A DNA stretch of 64,000 nt. It comes from Shewanella sp. Lineage in GTDB: Bacteria; Pseudomonadota; Gammaproteobacteria; Enterobacterales; Shewanellaceae. Below, in pieces: positions 48,335 to 58,994 of this stretch. The stretch is taken from contig NZ_JABSSM010000023.1 of assembly GCF_013214165.1 (NCBI RefSeq), positions 3,609 through 67,608 of the forward strand, given 5' to 3'. Both the position numbers and the translations under genes were made by a program. The first letter of the stretch is position 1; every line of letters begins with the position of its first letter. The notes below the pieces were generated by a model that worked only from the letters and a program-made list of their open reading frames with translations, was not told the DNA's origin and made no database searches.

Positions 48335-51300
48335 CTACTTACTGTTTATGTCGCCAGCCCTGGATTGCCCGGCAAGCGGCAACGCCTTGAGTGGCTTTAT
48401 CGGCTTCTGCACCAGCTCATCTTTAAGGTAAGAAATCGCCTTTTCAAGCTGAGCGTCATGCCCGGTAAAGGTGGCGTAAGGTAAGTTATCCACCTCAATA
48501 TCCGGACTCACTCCCCGGCCCTCGAGGATCCAGCGACCGTCCATGGCATATTGAGGATATTCGGCGACGCGCGCCATGCCCTTGTCTGTCAGGGAATTAC
48601 GTCCCGACAGCCAGACACCGGCCCCCGCAGTTTGTTTACCGATAAGTGGTGCTATGCCTAGGGCCTTGATGCCGGCAGCGAAGGTCTCACCATCTGAATA
48701 GGTGAGTTCATCGGTCAAGACAACCAAATGCCCGCGAAAGGTCTGCTGCATGTTCGCATTTGGCGTGCCACGAGTCGGTTGCCAGAATGCCCAGGTACGG
48801 CGCAGTAACTTTTCGATGATCCAGCTGTCGATATTACCGCCGCGATTACGACGCACATCTATGATCAGACCTTCTTTCTCATAGTTAGCGTAAAACTCAC
48901 GGGCGAAGCTGGCAATGTCACCGCTGCCCATGGCATAGAGGTGTAAGTAACCAATTTTACCTTCACTGGTGTCACTCACCTTAGTGCCGTTATGGTTAAC
49001 CCAGTCTAAGTATCTGAGCTTGGCATTCCTACGGATATCGACGGGCTTGACTATGGTTTTATGCTGTTTATTGCCGCGTTTAAGCTGGAGTAACACCTGC
49101 TTCTTCGCCTGATTTCTCAGGAAACGGGTCACATCGGCAACATTAGTCACCTTCTTGCCGTTAATGGCGATGATGATATCCCCCACCTCGGCATCGACGC
49201 TCACCTTAGCAAGAGGCGCGGCTTGAGCGGGTAACTCGGGGTCACTCTGGTAGATATGAGTGATCTTAACGCCAGCTTTCGTCTGCTCGAGGCGCGCACC
49301 TAAACTGGCGGCTTTGGCCATCTGCTTATCTTTGTCCAGATCGCCACCGCGAACCTGGGAGTGGAGAGAGTCCAGCTCTCCCATCATCTGTTTAAACAGA
49401 TCGTTGAGTTCGTGTCTGTCCGTGAGCCTATCTACCAGAGGCTGGTATTTAGCCTTGGTCGCCTGCCAATCCAGGCCGCGCATCTTCTTATCGTAGAAAG
49501 AGTCTCGGTGCATCAACCAGGCATCTTCAAACATCTGCTGCCACTCGAGTCTTGGCTCTATGGCAAGCTGCCATTGCTGTATCTGCACCTTGGCGTTGGT
49601 CAGTTCTTTAGGCAATTTATCACCGGCATCGACAATGAGCATATTTTTTCCGCCCTGATTAGACTTGCGAATAAACAGCTTGTCACCATCCGCCGATAAG
49701 CTGTAACTGGCGACGCCTTTAGCGTATGTTTCCACTTTAGGGCTGAGAGGATCGAACTTCACCCGTTTCAGGCTCGGCTTACTGCCACGAGCGGCGACGC
49801 GATCGAGAAAGTAGAGGCCGCCCTTGTTCGCCGTCAATGCTGAATAGTTACCGGACGCCACCGGAACCTGCCATAGTCTCTGACTCAAGCCATCCCAGTC
49901 GACAGTCACCTCATTCGATGATGTCTTATCTTTGTCATCGGCTTCAGGCTTAAGCAACTCATTGGGTCGCTGAAAGGCAAATCTGGCATTTTTATCTAAT
50001 GCCAAGGCAAAAATTTGGCTACGTTTGTCGAACATGGGCCCTAAGTTACGATCGCCCCAGGGCGAGGTAGGTGTAGAGTTAAATTGCCTGTCGGAGAGGA
50101 AATAGAGCCAATGACCATCTGTGCTAAACGCGGGTGAGTAAGATTCATACTTATCACTGGTCAATGCCTCAGCACGCTGTTTAGCTAATGAATAAAGCAC
50201 GATTTGAGGTCTGGGTTTGCCCATCTCTGACTTAGTGACGGCAATAAACTGACTGTCACCCGACCAGACGATATCGGCATAGGGGCCCAGACCCTCGCCT
50301 TGGGTGATGATCTTCTTGTGTCTATGCCTCTTAAGGTCAAGTAGCCACACGTTACCGTCATAATCATCACTGGCAATGTATCTTCCATCCGGCGAAACAC
50401 TGAGCGACATGCGTAAGGTGTGACCATTATCGGTTAACTGTTTAGCGCCATTGCCGCCATCGGCTGGGAAGCGCCAGATCTCTTGCTCACCGGAGGCGTC
50501 GCTGATGCCGTAGACCCATTTTCCATCTGGACTCATCACCGCATTACGAATACGACTATTGCCGGGCAAGGCAAGTTCAACCAGACGAGAACCATCCGTG
50601 GCCGCCACGGCCACATGGCTTCTTGCCGTTATCACCACCTTGCTCGCAGAAGGTGAGAGACGAGTAGACGTGGCGTACTTCATCGGGTCATTGACCCAAT
50701 GCTCACGACGCTGTGGAAAATCAGACACTAGGTTAATATTTAATGTGCGGCTACTATTGGCTGCGATATCGTAGAGCTTGATATCGGCGCCCTGCTGGAA
50801 CACGATGCGTCCATTATTGATGCCTGCGCCGCGAACCTGCCAATCGGTAAACTGGGTATGCTGCTTAAACGCTTTGCCATCTAATGTCATGGACCAGATG
50901 TTATCGTTACCATCACTGTCGCTAACGAAATAGAGGCGGTCATCCCAGAGCATGGGTTGACGCACAGAGCCGATATGATCAGATGTTAAGCGCTGGGCTT
51001 CAGTCTTGGAGCCCAACTTGAAACGCCAAAGCTCACCCTTGGCTCCACCGCGATATACCTTGACGTTGTCACCGGTAGTCTGTAATCCAAAACGAGTGAA
51101 ATACAGATACTCACCTTTATCATCGATTGTCCCTTCGATGGCATCGGCAAGCGGTAAGTCTTGAGTCTCTAAGGTGTCAGGATTGACACTTCTGAGCACC
51201 CAATAGTTGGCGGGACCGAAGGCATTATCTGTGGCATACAAGATCTGGCCATCGGCCGTCCAGCCCTGTACTCGCACTCGGCTATTTTCGAAGCTTATCC

Positions 51301-51748
51301 GCTTCGCCTCACCACCTTTGATAGGGATGACATACACTTCGCTGCTGCCTTCGTAATTAGCCACATAGGCTAGCCACTCGCCATCTTTCGATATGCTTGC
51401 CCCTATCTCTTCTGCCGGCAAACTGGTCAGCCTCTGGGCCTGGCTCTGACCTAGCTTCTTGGTCCAGAGATCGCCCTCAGCGGTAAACACTAAAGTATTG
51501 TCACTCAGTGCAGGAGCGCGAAAGTAACCGGGATGAATAGTCTCTGCTGAAAAAGCCGACGAAGAACTTAGGCTGCCGAGCGCTAACAAGGTGCAGGCAA
51601 CAGAAAGGCGAAGTTTCATGAGTATCTCGTTATTTATTATTGATATTATTCTTTCGAGGCCAACAAGGTAGCAAACTTTTATTAAACAGCCAGCAATAAT
51701 TAGCATATAAATCATTAGCAAATGTGTACAAACGAATAAACAAAACAT
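48335..51748 (-). CDS. Tricorn-like S41 family protease (likely start MKLRLS at 51619)
   Basis: Signal peptide, PD40-like propellers, PDZ, LIIDVRRNRGG, YSDGETF, GKQTAGAG. Confidence 0.92.
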   Translation of the reverse strand: MFCLFVCTHLLMIYMLIIAGCLIKVCYLVGLERIISIINNEILMKLRLSVACTLLALGSLSSSSAFSAETIHPGYFRAPALSDNTLVFTAEGDLWTKKLGQSQAQRLTSLPAEEIGASISKDGEWLAYVANYEGSSEVYVIPIKGGEAKRISFENSRVRVQGWTADGQILYATDNAFGPANYWVLRSVNPDTLETQDLPLADAIEGTIDDKGEYLYFTRFGLQTTGDNVKVYRGGAKGELWRFKLGSKTEAQRLTSDHIGSVRQPMLWDDRLYFVSDSDGNDNIWSMTLDGKAFKQHTQFTDWQVRGAGINNGRIVFQQGADIKLYDIAANSSRTLNINLVSDFPQRREHWVNDPMKYATSTRLSPSASKVVITARSHVAVAATDGSRLVELALPGNSRIRNAVMSPDGKWVYGISDASGEQEIWRFPADGGNGAKQLTDNGHTLRMSLSVSPDGRYIASDDYDGNVWLLDLKRHRHKKIITQGEGLGPYADIVWSGDSQFIAVTKSEMGKPRPQIVLYSLAKQRAEALTSDKYESYSPAFSTDGHWLYFLSDRQFNSTPTSPWGDRNLGPMFDKRSQIFALALDKNARFAFQRPNELLKPEADDKDKTSSNEVTVDWDGLSQRLWQVPVASGNYSALTANKGGLYFLDRVAARGSKPSLKRVKFDPLSPKVETYAKGVASYSLSADGDKLFIRKSNQGGKNMLIVDAGDKLPKELTNAKVQIQQWQLAIEPRLEWQQMFEDAWLMHRDSFYDKKMRGLDWQATKAKYQPLVDRLTDRHELNDLFKQMMGELDSLHSQVRGGDLDKDKQMAKAASLGARLEQTKAGVKITHIYQSDPELPAQAAPLAKVSVDAEVGDIIIAINGKKVTNVADVTRFLRNQAKKQVLLQLKRGNKQHKTIVKPVDIRRNAKLRYLDWVNHNGTKVSDTSEGKIGYLHLYAMGSGDIASFAREFYANYEKEGLIIDVRRNRGGNIDSWIIEKLLRRTWAFWQPTRGTPNANMQQTFRGHLVVLTDELTYSDGETFAAGIKALGIAPLIGKQTAGAGVWLSGRNSLTDKGMARVAEYPQYAMDGRWILEGRGVSPDIEVDNLPYATFTGHDAQLEKAISYLKDELVQKPIKPLKALPLAGQSRAGDINSK

Positions 51749-51876
51749 CCCTTATCCTCTGAATTAACAGTGGATGGAATATGGGTAGCAACTAAAAAGG
51801 CAACTATCATACCGATAACTGCCTTTTTCCTGTTAAATTACAGAGGAATAGAATTTAGTAAACAGAAATCAACCAA

Positions 51877-52698
51877 CTAGTGTTCTGTTATTTCTGCCTG
51901 CAAGTCACTCCACCTTTGATGCTGAGGATGCTCTGACTGTTCGAGGTTTGGATACTGCTTGGCAATCTTGCTCGCTAGCTTCTCTGCCTCATCCCACAGC
52001 TTTGAATCGATTACATTTTGCAGATGATTCAATGCTTGCTTGGCACTCACCACAGCCTCACGTTGTGGCACACTCTTGTTCGGTGAAGCATGATTCGATA
52101 AAGACTTGCTCGATAGCGTCAGGTTACTCGGAGCCTCGGCCCCTAGCTTAGCTTTGTCCTCATGTCGCTTAGCCGTCGGTTTCATTTTCGGCGCGGCAGC
52201 CCCAGCAAACTGCGGCTCCGATGCCGGCATTGCGCTCGGCGCCCTGTGTGCTTGCCTGGACTCACTCTTCACATCGACAGCATCTGCCGGTAAGGATTCA
52301 AGCTGTTCATCGAGCGGCTGGCTCATCTGCATCATCATGGGCATGGCATCATCGGATAGGATCTCTTCAGGGCTCTGAGGATTTAACATGATCACGGTCA
52401 CCACCAGCATCACGGAGGCGGCCGACGATATTGCCCATCTATTGTGTCGCCAAAAACTATTCTCGACCCGGACCACATTGTCAGTGCTCTTGTCGCCAGC
52501 TAATGGGGCTTGATGCAGACGCTTATCAGTTAAGGCTTGCTTGCTCACGGTGCTCGCCTCAGTGGCCATTTTTATGATGGCATCATCGAGCTCACGACTC
52601 GGTTTCTCTTGGGCCTGCAGTTTATACCAGATCTGCAGCTCACTATCGAATGCCTCAGCTCGCTCAGTCGCAGGCTTGTTGTTTTGATCATCTTTCAT
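51877..52698 (-). CDS. Putative anti-sigma factor (single TM)
   Basis: PSRELDDAII, WAISSAASVMLVVTV; translationally coupled to ECF sigma. Confidence 0.7.
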   Translation of the reverse strand: MKDDQNNKPATERAEAFDSELQIWYKLQAQEKPSRELDDAIIKMATEASTVSKQALTDKRLHQAPLAGDKSTDNVVRVENSFWRHNRWAISSAASVMLVVTVIMLNPQSPEEILSDDAMPMMMQMSQPLDEQLESLPADAVDVKSESRQAHRAPSAMPASEPQFAGAAAPKMKPTAKRHEDKAKLGAEAPSNLTLSSKSLSNHASPNKSVPQREAVVSAKQALNHLQNVIDSKLWDEAEKLASKIAKQYPNLEQSEHPQHQRWSDLQAEITEH

Positions 52699-53377
52699 TT
52701 TGAACCTCCTGCCACTTATTCATCACACAGGCTTTCAGACCTTGGTTGGCATAGCGAATTCGACTCTTGGTCGCTTCGAGTGTTACGCCGACGATATCTG
52801 CGATGGCACTGGCGGTAAAGCCCGCCTCCATATTCAATAACAAGGCTTCTTTCTGCACACTTGGCAATAATGCGATGCAACGTTTAAGCAGGCTGGCCTT
52901 GGCGCTGTCTTCCATCGCCCTGTCCGGTGACATCTCATCACTGGGCAGCAAGGCTTCGGCGTCTTGCTCTTCGCTAAAGGTCTCGCTAAACAGGTCGACA
53001 GGTTTCACCGCCCTGACGTGGTCGATAAGCAAGTTATGGGCAATTTTATAGATCCAGGTAGTAAATTTGGCATTGGCCTGGTAACTGGATGCAGACTTGA
53101 TGACTCGCCCCCATGTCTCCTGATAGAGGTCTTCCGCCAACTGCGTATCCCCTATCTGGCGGACAAAATAACGATACAAGCCACCCTTATGTTTTAGATA
53201 CAGAGTTTCAAATGCCGAGGTGTCTCCACTGGCATAGTTCAGCATTAAGCGCTGATCTATCTCCGCCTCTGTCGATTTATCTTGCCCTAACGCTTGTGCC
53301 ACACACCTCTCCTGCTGAAACGCCTCTCCCTTAGGCCGTAAACCCCTCGAGGGAAAGACAATAGATAGACTAGTCAT
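52688..53377 (-). CDS. ECF RNA polymerase sigma factor
   Basis: LAEDLYQETW, FTTWIYKIAHNLLID, EATKSRIRYA. Confidence 0.92.
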   Translation of the reverse strand: MTSLSIVFPSRGLRPKGEAFQQERCVAQALGQDKSTEAEIDQRLMLNYASGDTSAFETLYLKHKGGLYRYFVRQIGDTQLAEDLYQETWGRVIKSASSYQANAKFTTWIYKIAHNLLIDHVRAVKPVDLFSETFSEEQDAEALLPSDEMSPDRAMEDSAKASLLKRCIALLPSVQKEALLLNMEAGFTASAIADIVGVTLEATKSRIRYANQGLKACVMNKWQEVQNER

Positions 53378-55475
53378 GCAAAGTTTGCACGCCCTGAACC
53401 CCTTTGTCTATCTCGAGCTGGTATTGAGAAGATTTTATATGTGGGGCTATGTATTTAGCTTGAATCTCCAGCTCAGGTCTAGGTATAGGTTCGATGGGAA
53501 CAATGACACTCGACATATTTTCTCCTTTAATAACAGCCTCCTGCCCTGCCAATAGGCGAGCCGTCTTAGCTAACTGCACAAACTCATGACGATAGCCAAA
53601 CGCGTCTTGCCCCATTGCAGAATTAGCCAGATCGATCACCTTAGAATAGCTCAAATCATGGGTATATAGGCTCTGATTAATCAATTGCCCCAGTCCGGCA
53701 ACCGCGGCGGAGAATCTATAGTCATCGCTAGCCTGGGCTAATGTCTTCACTCCAGAATCTCTGCGAATCGCATATGAGATCAAACGGCTGGTATCTTGCC
53801 CTATAGGCTTGTATCGCAACTTGAGGAAGGCTATCTCATCCCGACTATATTTCTCCGTGCCGGTGGCATTATCATAGCCATATCTGAGTTTGTCGTTAGC
53901 CTGATTGGGACTATCTACATAGCTTATCTCATAGAGCGCTGTGACCCTGTGACCCGCACCTATCTCGCCGGCATCCACCTTGTCATTATTGAAGTCTTCA
54001 CGATTGAGGGCCCGGTTCTCATAGCCTATTAAACGGTATTCGGAGACGATTGCCGGATTAAACTCTACTTGAATCTTCACATCTTTGGCTATGGTCAACA
54101 GGGTCGAACTCAGCTCATCCACCAGCACCTTACGTGCCTCATTGAGCGTGTCTATGTAGGCATAATGACCATTGCCCTTATCGGCAAGCTGCTCCATCAG
54201 GTGATCGTTATAATTTCCTTGACCGAAACCTAAGGTCGTTAGGGCTATGCCTTGGTCACGTTTGCTTGCTATCAGGTCCATCAAGGCCTGATGATCTGTG
54301 GTGCCGACATTAAAGTCACCGTCGGTGGCCAAGATCACCCGATTGACACCACCTTGGATGAAGTGTTTCTGCGCGAGTCGATAGGCCTGCTGGATCCCGG
54401 CGCCTCCATTGGTCGAGCCCCCCGCCTTGAGGCTATTCAATGCCTGATTAATCGCCTGAATGTCATTGCCTTTTACCCCGTCGAGCACCACACCCGAAGC
54501 CCCAGCATAAACCACGATAGACACATGGTCTTGCTCACTCAGTTGTTGGGACAACATCTTCAATGATGTCTTTAGCAGCGGCAGTTTATCTTGCGAGTTC
54601 ATCGAGCCAGAGACATCAAGCAAGAAGACTAGGTTACTCGCCCCTAGCTGGGACTTATCGACCTCAAATCCCTGGAGGCCAATCCTGAGCAACATCTTAT
54701 GGTCATTGTAGGGAGACGGTGCCAGCTCGGTATTGACACTGAATGCCTGCTCGAGTCTAGAGGGGATTGAATATTGATAATTAAAATAATTGATCATCTC
54801 CTCGACTCTAACCGTCCCCTTCTCTGGCAGGCGTCCCTGATTGATCCAACGCCTCAGGGTCGTATAACTGCCGGTATCGGTATCGATTGAGAACGTGGAT
54901 ACCGGGATTTCCCCCGCCACCATGATGCCATTGGCAACCTGTCGTTCAAAATTATCCCTGTTGCCTGCACCCCTATACACTGGCACACTGGGGCCGCTCA
55001 TCTGCCCCGAGGTTTGATGCCGGCTTAAGGATTTCATCTTAATTATACGCTCACTGGCTTGCCTATCGGCCCTGTAGATGCCACTCGATACAGAGAGTGA
55101 CATATCGGCAGATTTATCATCTGAGATGGCTTGATCGGCCAATGTTCGATGCTCAATTATGGCATCCTTGGCTTGCACTCTTATGGGCTGGCTCTGAGGA
55201 TTAATTCCATCGGGCGTATTCGGGTCAGCTTCGGCCACCTCTTGCTTTGACACTGGCAGTTGCTGCTCCTTTACCTCTTCTTGCTGCTGATAAACAGCTG
55301 CTGCATTGGTTTTTTCTGCATCACTGTGCTGCCCGCCACAGGCAGTCAAGGCCAATAGTAGCGAAACCGAGATGAGTGATAATCCAAACCCTTGCACACT
55401 TTTCATCGTTGTGAATTGATCAGCTGCGAAATGAGCTGTTGAATCTTGCGCCTGATCTGCTTTTGAATAAGCCAT
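53370..55475 (-). CDS. VWA-domain lipoprotein, YfbK-like
   Basis: Lipobox LTAC; STFSIDTDTGSY, DVSGSM MIDAS, ATDGDFNVG, IGYENRAL, DAGEIGAGH. Confidence 0.92.
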   Translation of the reverse strand: MAYSKADQAQDSTAHFAADQFTTMKSVQGFGLSLISVSLLLALTACGGQHSDAEKTNAAAVYQQQEEVKEQQLPVSKQEVAEADPNTPDGINPQSQPIRVQAKDAIIEHRTLADQAISDDKSADMSLSVSSGIYRADRQASERIIKMKSLSRHQTSGQMSGPSVPVYRGAGNRDNFERQVANGIMVAGEIPVSTFSIDTDTGSYTTLRRWINQGRLPEKGTVRVEEMINYFNYQYSIPSRLEQAFSVNTELAPSPYNDHKMLLRIGLQGFEVDKSQLGASNLVFLLDVSGSMNSQDKLPLLKTSLKMLSQQLSEQDHVSIVVYAGASGVVLDGVKGNDIQAINQALNSLKAGGSTNGGAGIQQAYRLAQKHFIQGGVNRVILATDGDFNVGTTDHQALMDLIASKRDQGIALTTLGFGQGNYNDHLMEQLADKGNGHYAYIDTLNEARKVLVDELSSTLLTIAKDVKIQVEFNPAIVSEYRLIGYENRALNREDFNNDKVDAGEIGAGHRVTALYEISYVDSPNQANDKLRYGYDNATGTEKYSRDEIAFLKLRYKPIGQDTSRLISYAIRRDSGVKTLAQASDDYRFSAAVAGLGQLINQSLYTHDLSYSKVIDLANSAMGQDAFGYRHEFVQLAKTARLLAGQEAVIKGENMSSVIVPIEPIPRPELEIQAKYIAPHIKSSQYQLEIDKGVQGVQTLHD

Positions 55476-55700
55476 GAGCCTGTCCTCGCGTCTGTTGATA
55501 AGCTTATAAACGCAGACAAAAGCGAAAAGGGTTATTTAACTACTCGTTCCATTAAATAAGTGGTCATTGAGCGAGTCGCTCCCCTTGTAGACAAAGATAT
55601 GATGCACGCAAAATCGACATAAAAAAACGTCACTCAACCTTAAGGCTAAGTGACGTTTCGTCAAACGATACAGATAAGCGCCTAGCGCTTTAGGGCAAGC

Positions 55701-56210
55701 TTATGCGTTAGCCAACTTTAGTTGCAGCTTAGCATCTTTAGCTTCGACAGCAGCGGCAGATCTGGCACGCTCCTCTCTTACCGCGACAGCCATGGCGTCA
55801 TCACCCACGGCTAACATTTGCGCGGCTAAGTAACCCGCATTCTTAGCACCGGCGCTACCGATAGCCACAGTGGCCACAGGGACACCGCCAGGCATCATCA
55901 CGGTAGATAACAAGGCATCATGACCCTGAAGTGGGCCGCAATCGATTGGGACGCCAATCACTGGACGGGTAGTGATACCGGCAACCGCACCCGCTAAGTG
56001 GGCCGCTAGACCGGCGGCACAGATGAAGACCTTACAACCGCGCTCTTCTGCATCAAGCACATAGGCGTGAGTAGCTGCTGGAGTACGGTGAGCCGAGGTC
56101 ACCTTAGCTTCGAATCGAATACCAAAGCCCTTAAGCACATCTAGGGTGGCTTGCATGGTGGGTAAATCAGAATCAGATCCCATCAAGACGGCAACGAATG
56201 GTTTGCTCAT
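55701..56210 (-). CDS. purE: N5-carboxyaminoimidazole ribonucleotide mutase
   Basis: [31 protein letters not shown]. Confidence 0.97.
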   Translation of the reverse strand: MSKPFVAVLMGSDSDLPTMQATLDVLKGFGIRFEAKVTSAHRTPAATHAYVLDAEERGCKVFICAAGLAAHLAGAVAGITTRPVIGVPIDCGPLQGHDALLSTVMMPGGVPVATVAIGSAGAKNAGYLAAQMLAVGDDAMAVAVREERARSAAAVEAKDAKLQLKLANA

Positions 56211-56418
56211 TTTAAATCCTTATGTAGGGTATAGCTTAGCGTTAATTATAATTTGTGGGGTATTATAATGTAATAATGCACCGATTGCTTGATCCCAGCA
56301 ACGGCTCCCCAAGCCAGGGCCTAATTATCACCTAGCTTGATCCCCACTGCAAATAACCCATGCCGATAGACTAATAACAAAAGCACCTTTAAGTGTAGCG
56401 AACGATGTTGTGGTTATC

Positions 56419-56625
56419 TATTCGGGTCTAGTCCAACCGGACACCTCACGTTGTCATTTTTAATCGCTGATAAGTGTTATATACCCGAGCCTAGTATGCA
56501 GCCGTTCGTGGTTGTAATACCGGATATATCTTCAACATCTAGCTTCATTGATTCTCGTGTTAAATGGACCACTTTTAACAGCCATTCATGCTTCAAGCTT
56601 CCAAAGAAACGTTCAACAACAGCCT
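56419..56625 (-). mobile_element. IS3-family remnant (OrfB C-terminus + right IR)
   Basis: AVVERFFGSLKHEWL...; after a frameshift YYNHERLHT; degenerate end GTGTCCGGTTGGACTAGACCCGAATA. Confidence 0.85.
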
Positions 56626-56825
56626 TGATGCGTCCTTAAATAGATCACAATTACTAATAGTTTAATCAATTTAATATCAGTGGGTTGCATTTAATCCTCT
56701 TCAGTATTTGTGACAATATTGCCCTCTATTTTTGCATACTAGGTTCCAGCGCTAGGCTGTGATGATTAATCTTGCCGATAGCAGTTTCACTTTGCTCACT
56801 GACGAAAGACTGGGTAGGTAATTGA

Positions 56826-57740
56826 TTAACCTTGGATGGCTGCGCGTTTTAATAAACCATCAATACTGCTTCTTACATCCCCAAACACTCGATCATCTTC
56901 GTTAAACGGGGTGAGCATTGGTGCCGTACCGCACAGAAACAACTTATCATTTTCGAGCAAGGCAGCGGCCACCGACTCTTGTTCATTAGTTTTCCAAGTA
57001 CCGTCTTGATAAAACACCGTATAGGCATCGTTAAATTTCCCCGCAAGTTCGATACCGCCAGCCAGAGTAAAAGCACGAGTGAATAGGTGTACGGAAAATT
57101 TCATATCAGCTAACTCCAAGGCCATCAAGGCTAAACACCAAATGGGCGTTTGATCACCTGGGAGCAATATGACGCTAAGAGGCTGTTTTTTATGTTTAAC
57201 TTTCGAATTTAAACGCATTAAGGTATAGCGGATAAGTTCATTCTCTGCGAAACCTAATGTGGCACCATTATCGTTAATCTGCGCTAACGCTGCAAAAACG
57301 GGCTCCATCAAGCGTTCCCAGCAAATTGGAGCGGGGTAATGTGCAAAAAAATGTTGTAATAGGTACTCGACTTTAGTCACTGAAAAGGACTCGATCGCCA
57401 CAAGCAGTTCTGCAATTGAACTCTGCCAGTTTTCAGATTCATACCCTTCTGATAAAGCAGAAATATCAGTATCAAGTAGTGGCTTTAGCTTACCTAATGG
57501 CACCCCCCGAGCAACCAGAGACAAAATTTTCTCGATGGTAGCGACATCTTGATCTGAATATAGTCGATGTCCTTTGGCGCTTCTCTGTGGTTTAAGCAGT
57601 CCATAACGACGCTCCCATGCTCTCAATGTTACGGTATTGACTTGCGTACGAGCACTCAATTCACGGATAGGAAACGGGTTACTGTTATCATGTTTTTCCT
57701 TGATCATTACTATCTCCACTCTAGCGTTTACCACCTCCAA
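56826..57740 (-). CDS. MerR-family regulator, LitR/CarH-like
   Basis: IRELS..T.VN.VTLRAWERRYGLLKPQRSAKGHRLY; divergent from photolyase operon. Confidence 0.85.
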   Translation of the reverse strand: MEVVNARVEIVMIKEKHDNSNPFPIRELSARTQVNTVTLRAWERRYGLLKPQRSAKGHRLYSDQDVATIEKILSLVARGVPLGKLKPLLDTDISALSEGYESENWQSSIAELLVAIESFSVTKVEYLLQHFFAHYPAPICWERLMEPVFAALAQINDNGATLGFAENELIRYTLMRLNSKVKHKKQPLSVILLPGDQTPIWCLALMALELADMKFSVHLFTRAFTLAGGIELAGKFNDAYTVFYQDGTWKTNEQESVAAALLENDKLFLCGTAPMLTPFNEDDRVFGDVRSSIDGLLKRAAIQG

Positions 57741-57759
57741 TAGTTATACAGAAAAAAAT

Positions 57760-57785
57760 AATGTACAAGAATAAAGTTGTACATT
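57760..57785. promoter_or_regulatory. Palindromic operator between MerR gene and photolyase operon
   Basis: AATGTACAA-N8-TTGTACATT. Confidence 0.7.
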
Positions 57786-57949
57786 ATTATTTAGCGTATA
57801 GGTATTTGAAGTGCAATGTCTCCGGTTATTGTTGGAATAGCCACCATTGGAGCAGGTGTCTCTGGTTGTTTTTTTCCAGTCTGCTTCATGAACCGCTTTT
57901 GTTGTGCCTTGATTGCGACAATTATACATACATGAAGTGAGGGGTAGAT

Positions 57950-58966
57950 ATGGGAAATAAAAATATTATTTGCACCGATAAGCTTGGAGCTTATGTAGAA
58001 GAACAGACCAAAGAGAACACATCGATTCAGGTCGGCCTGAGTGCTTGCTTAGCTGGCCACGAGGTACGTTATAATAGCGGCCACACCCAATCTCGCTTGT
58101 GTCTTGACGTATTAGGTAAGTACTTTAACTTCAAGACATTTTGCCCTGAAGTGGCTGCAGGGTTTGGCACACCTAGGCCAACAATGCGACTCATCGGCGA
58201 CCCCAGCGCGCCGACACTGGCTTTCAGTGATGGTAGCGGAGATTTAACTGCTCAGCTAGTTAACGGTTTTGAACATAAATTATCTGAGATGAGCAACCTA
58301 GACGGTTATATCTTAATGAAAAACTCTCCCAGTTGTGGGCTAGAGAGAGTGAAAGTGTATCAAGCTAACGGACATCCGCACCAAACCAGGAGTATGGGTT
58401 TATTCGCCAAAGCTCTGAAGTGCCAATACCCGCTTATGCCCATCGAAGAAGAGGGACGTTTAAATGATGACACCCTATACGATAACTTTGTGATGCGTGT
58501 TTACGCCTATCACCATTTTCGTCACGAAGTCTTGCATCAGCCTAGCGTACGCAAACTCATAGAATTCCACGCGAGTTACAAATATGTATTGATGGCACAC
58601 AGCCAAACACAATATAAGCATTTGGGCCAACTCGTGGCGTCCCACAAGCGCGGGCCTTTAGACCAACTCATAAATGACTACTTTAAGCGCTTTATGCAGA
58701 CACTGAGTAAGCCCGCTAATAGAAGGGGACACACTAACACTCTGCTGCATATTTTAGGCTACTTAAAAAAGTCGCTTTCTTCGGCCGCACGACAAGATAT
58801 CGTTGACGTCATTTATAAATACAAAGACGGAATAACCCCTCTGGCAACACCGCTGACCCTATTAACACATTACTTGGGTCAATACGGTTCAAACTATATC
58901 AATGGGCAACGTTACTTACAGCCTTACCCTGAAAACATTAATCCGGTGGGAAAATATTGCCGCTAA
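57950..58966 (+). CDS. ybgA: DUF523/DUF1722 (YbgA family) protein
   Basis: SACLAGHEVRYNSGH, CPEV, KNSPSCG, EEEGRL, HILGY. Confidence 0.9.
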   Translation: MGNKNIICTDKLGAYVEEQTKENTSIQVGLSACLAGHEVRYNSGHTQSRLCLDVLGKYFNFKTFCPEVAAGFGTPRPTMRLIGDPSAPTLAFSDGSGDLTAQLVNGFEHKLSEMSNLDGYILMKNSPSCGLERVKVYQANGHPHQTRSMGLFAKALKCQYPLMPIEEEGRLNDDTLYDNFVMRVYAYHHFRHEVLHQPSVRKLIEFHASYKYVLMAHSQTQYKHLGQLVASHKRGPLDQLINDYFKRFMQTLSKPANRRGHTNTLLHILGYLKKSLSSAARQDIVDVIYKYKDGITPLATPLTLLTHYLGQYGSNYINGQRYLQPYPENINPVGKYCR

Positions 58967-58994
58967 ATATTTAGCTTAAAAACAGAGGACAGAA

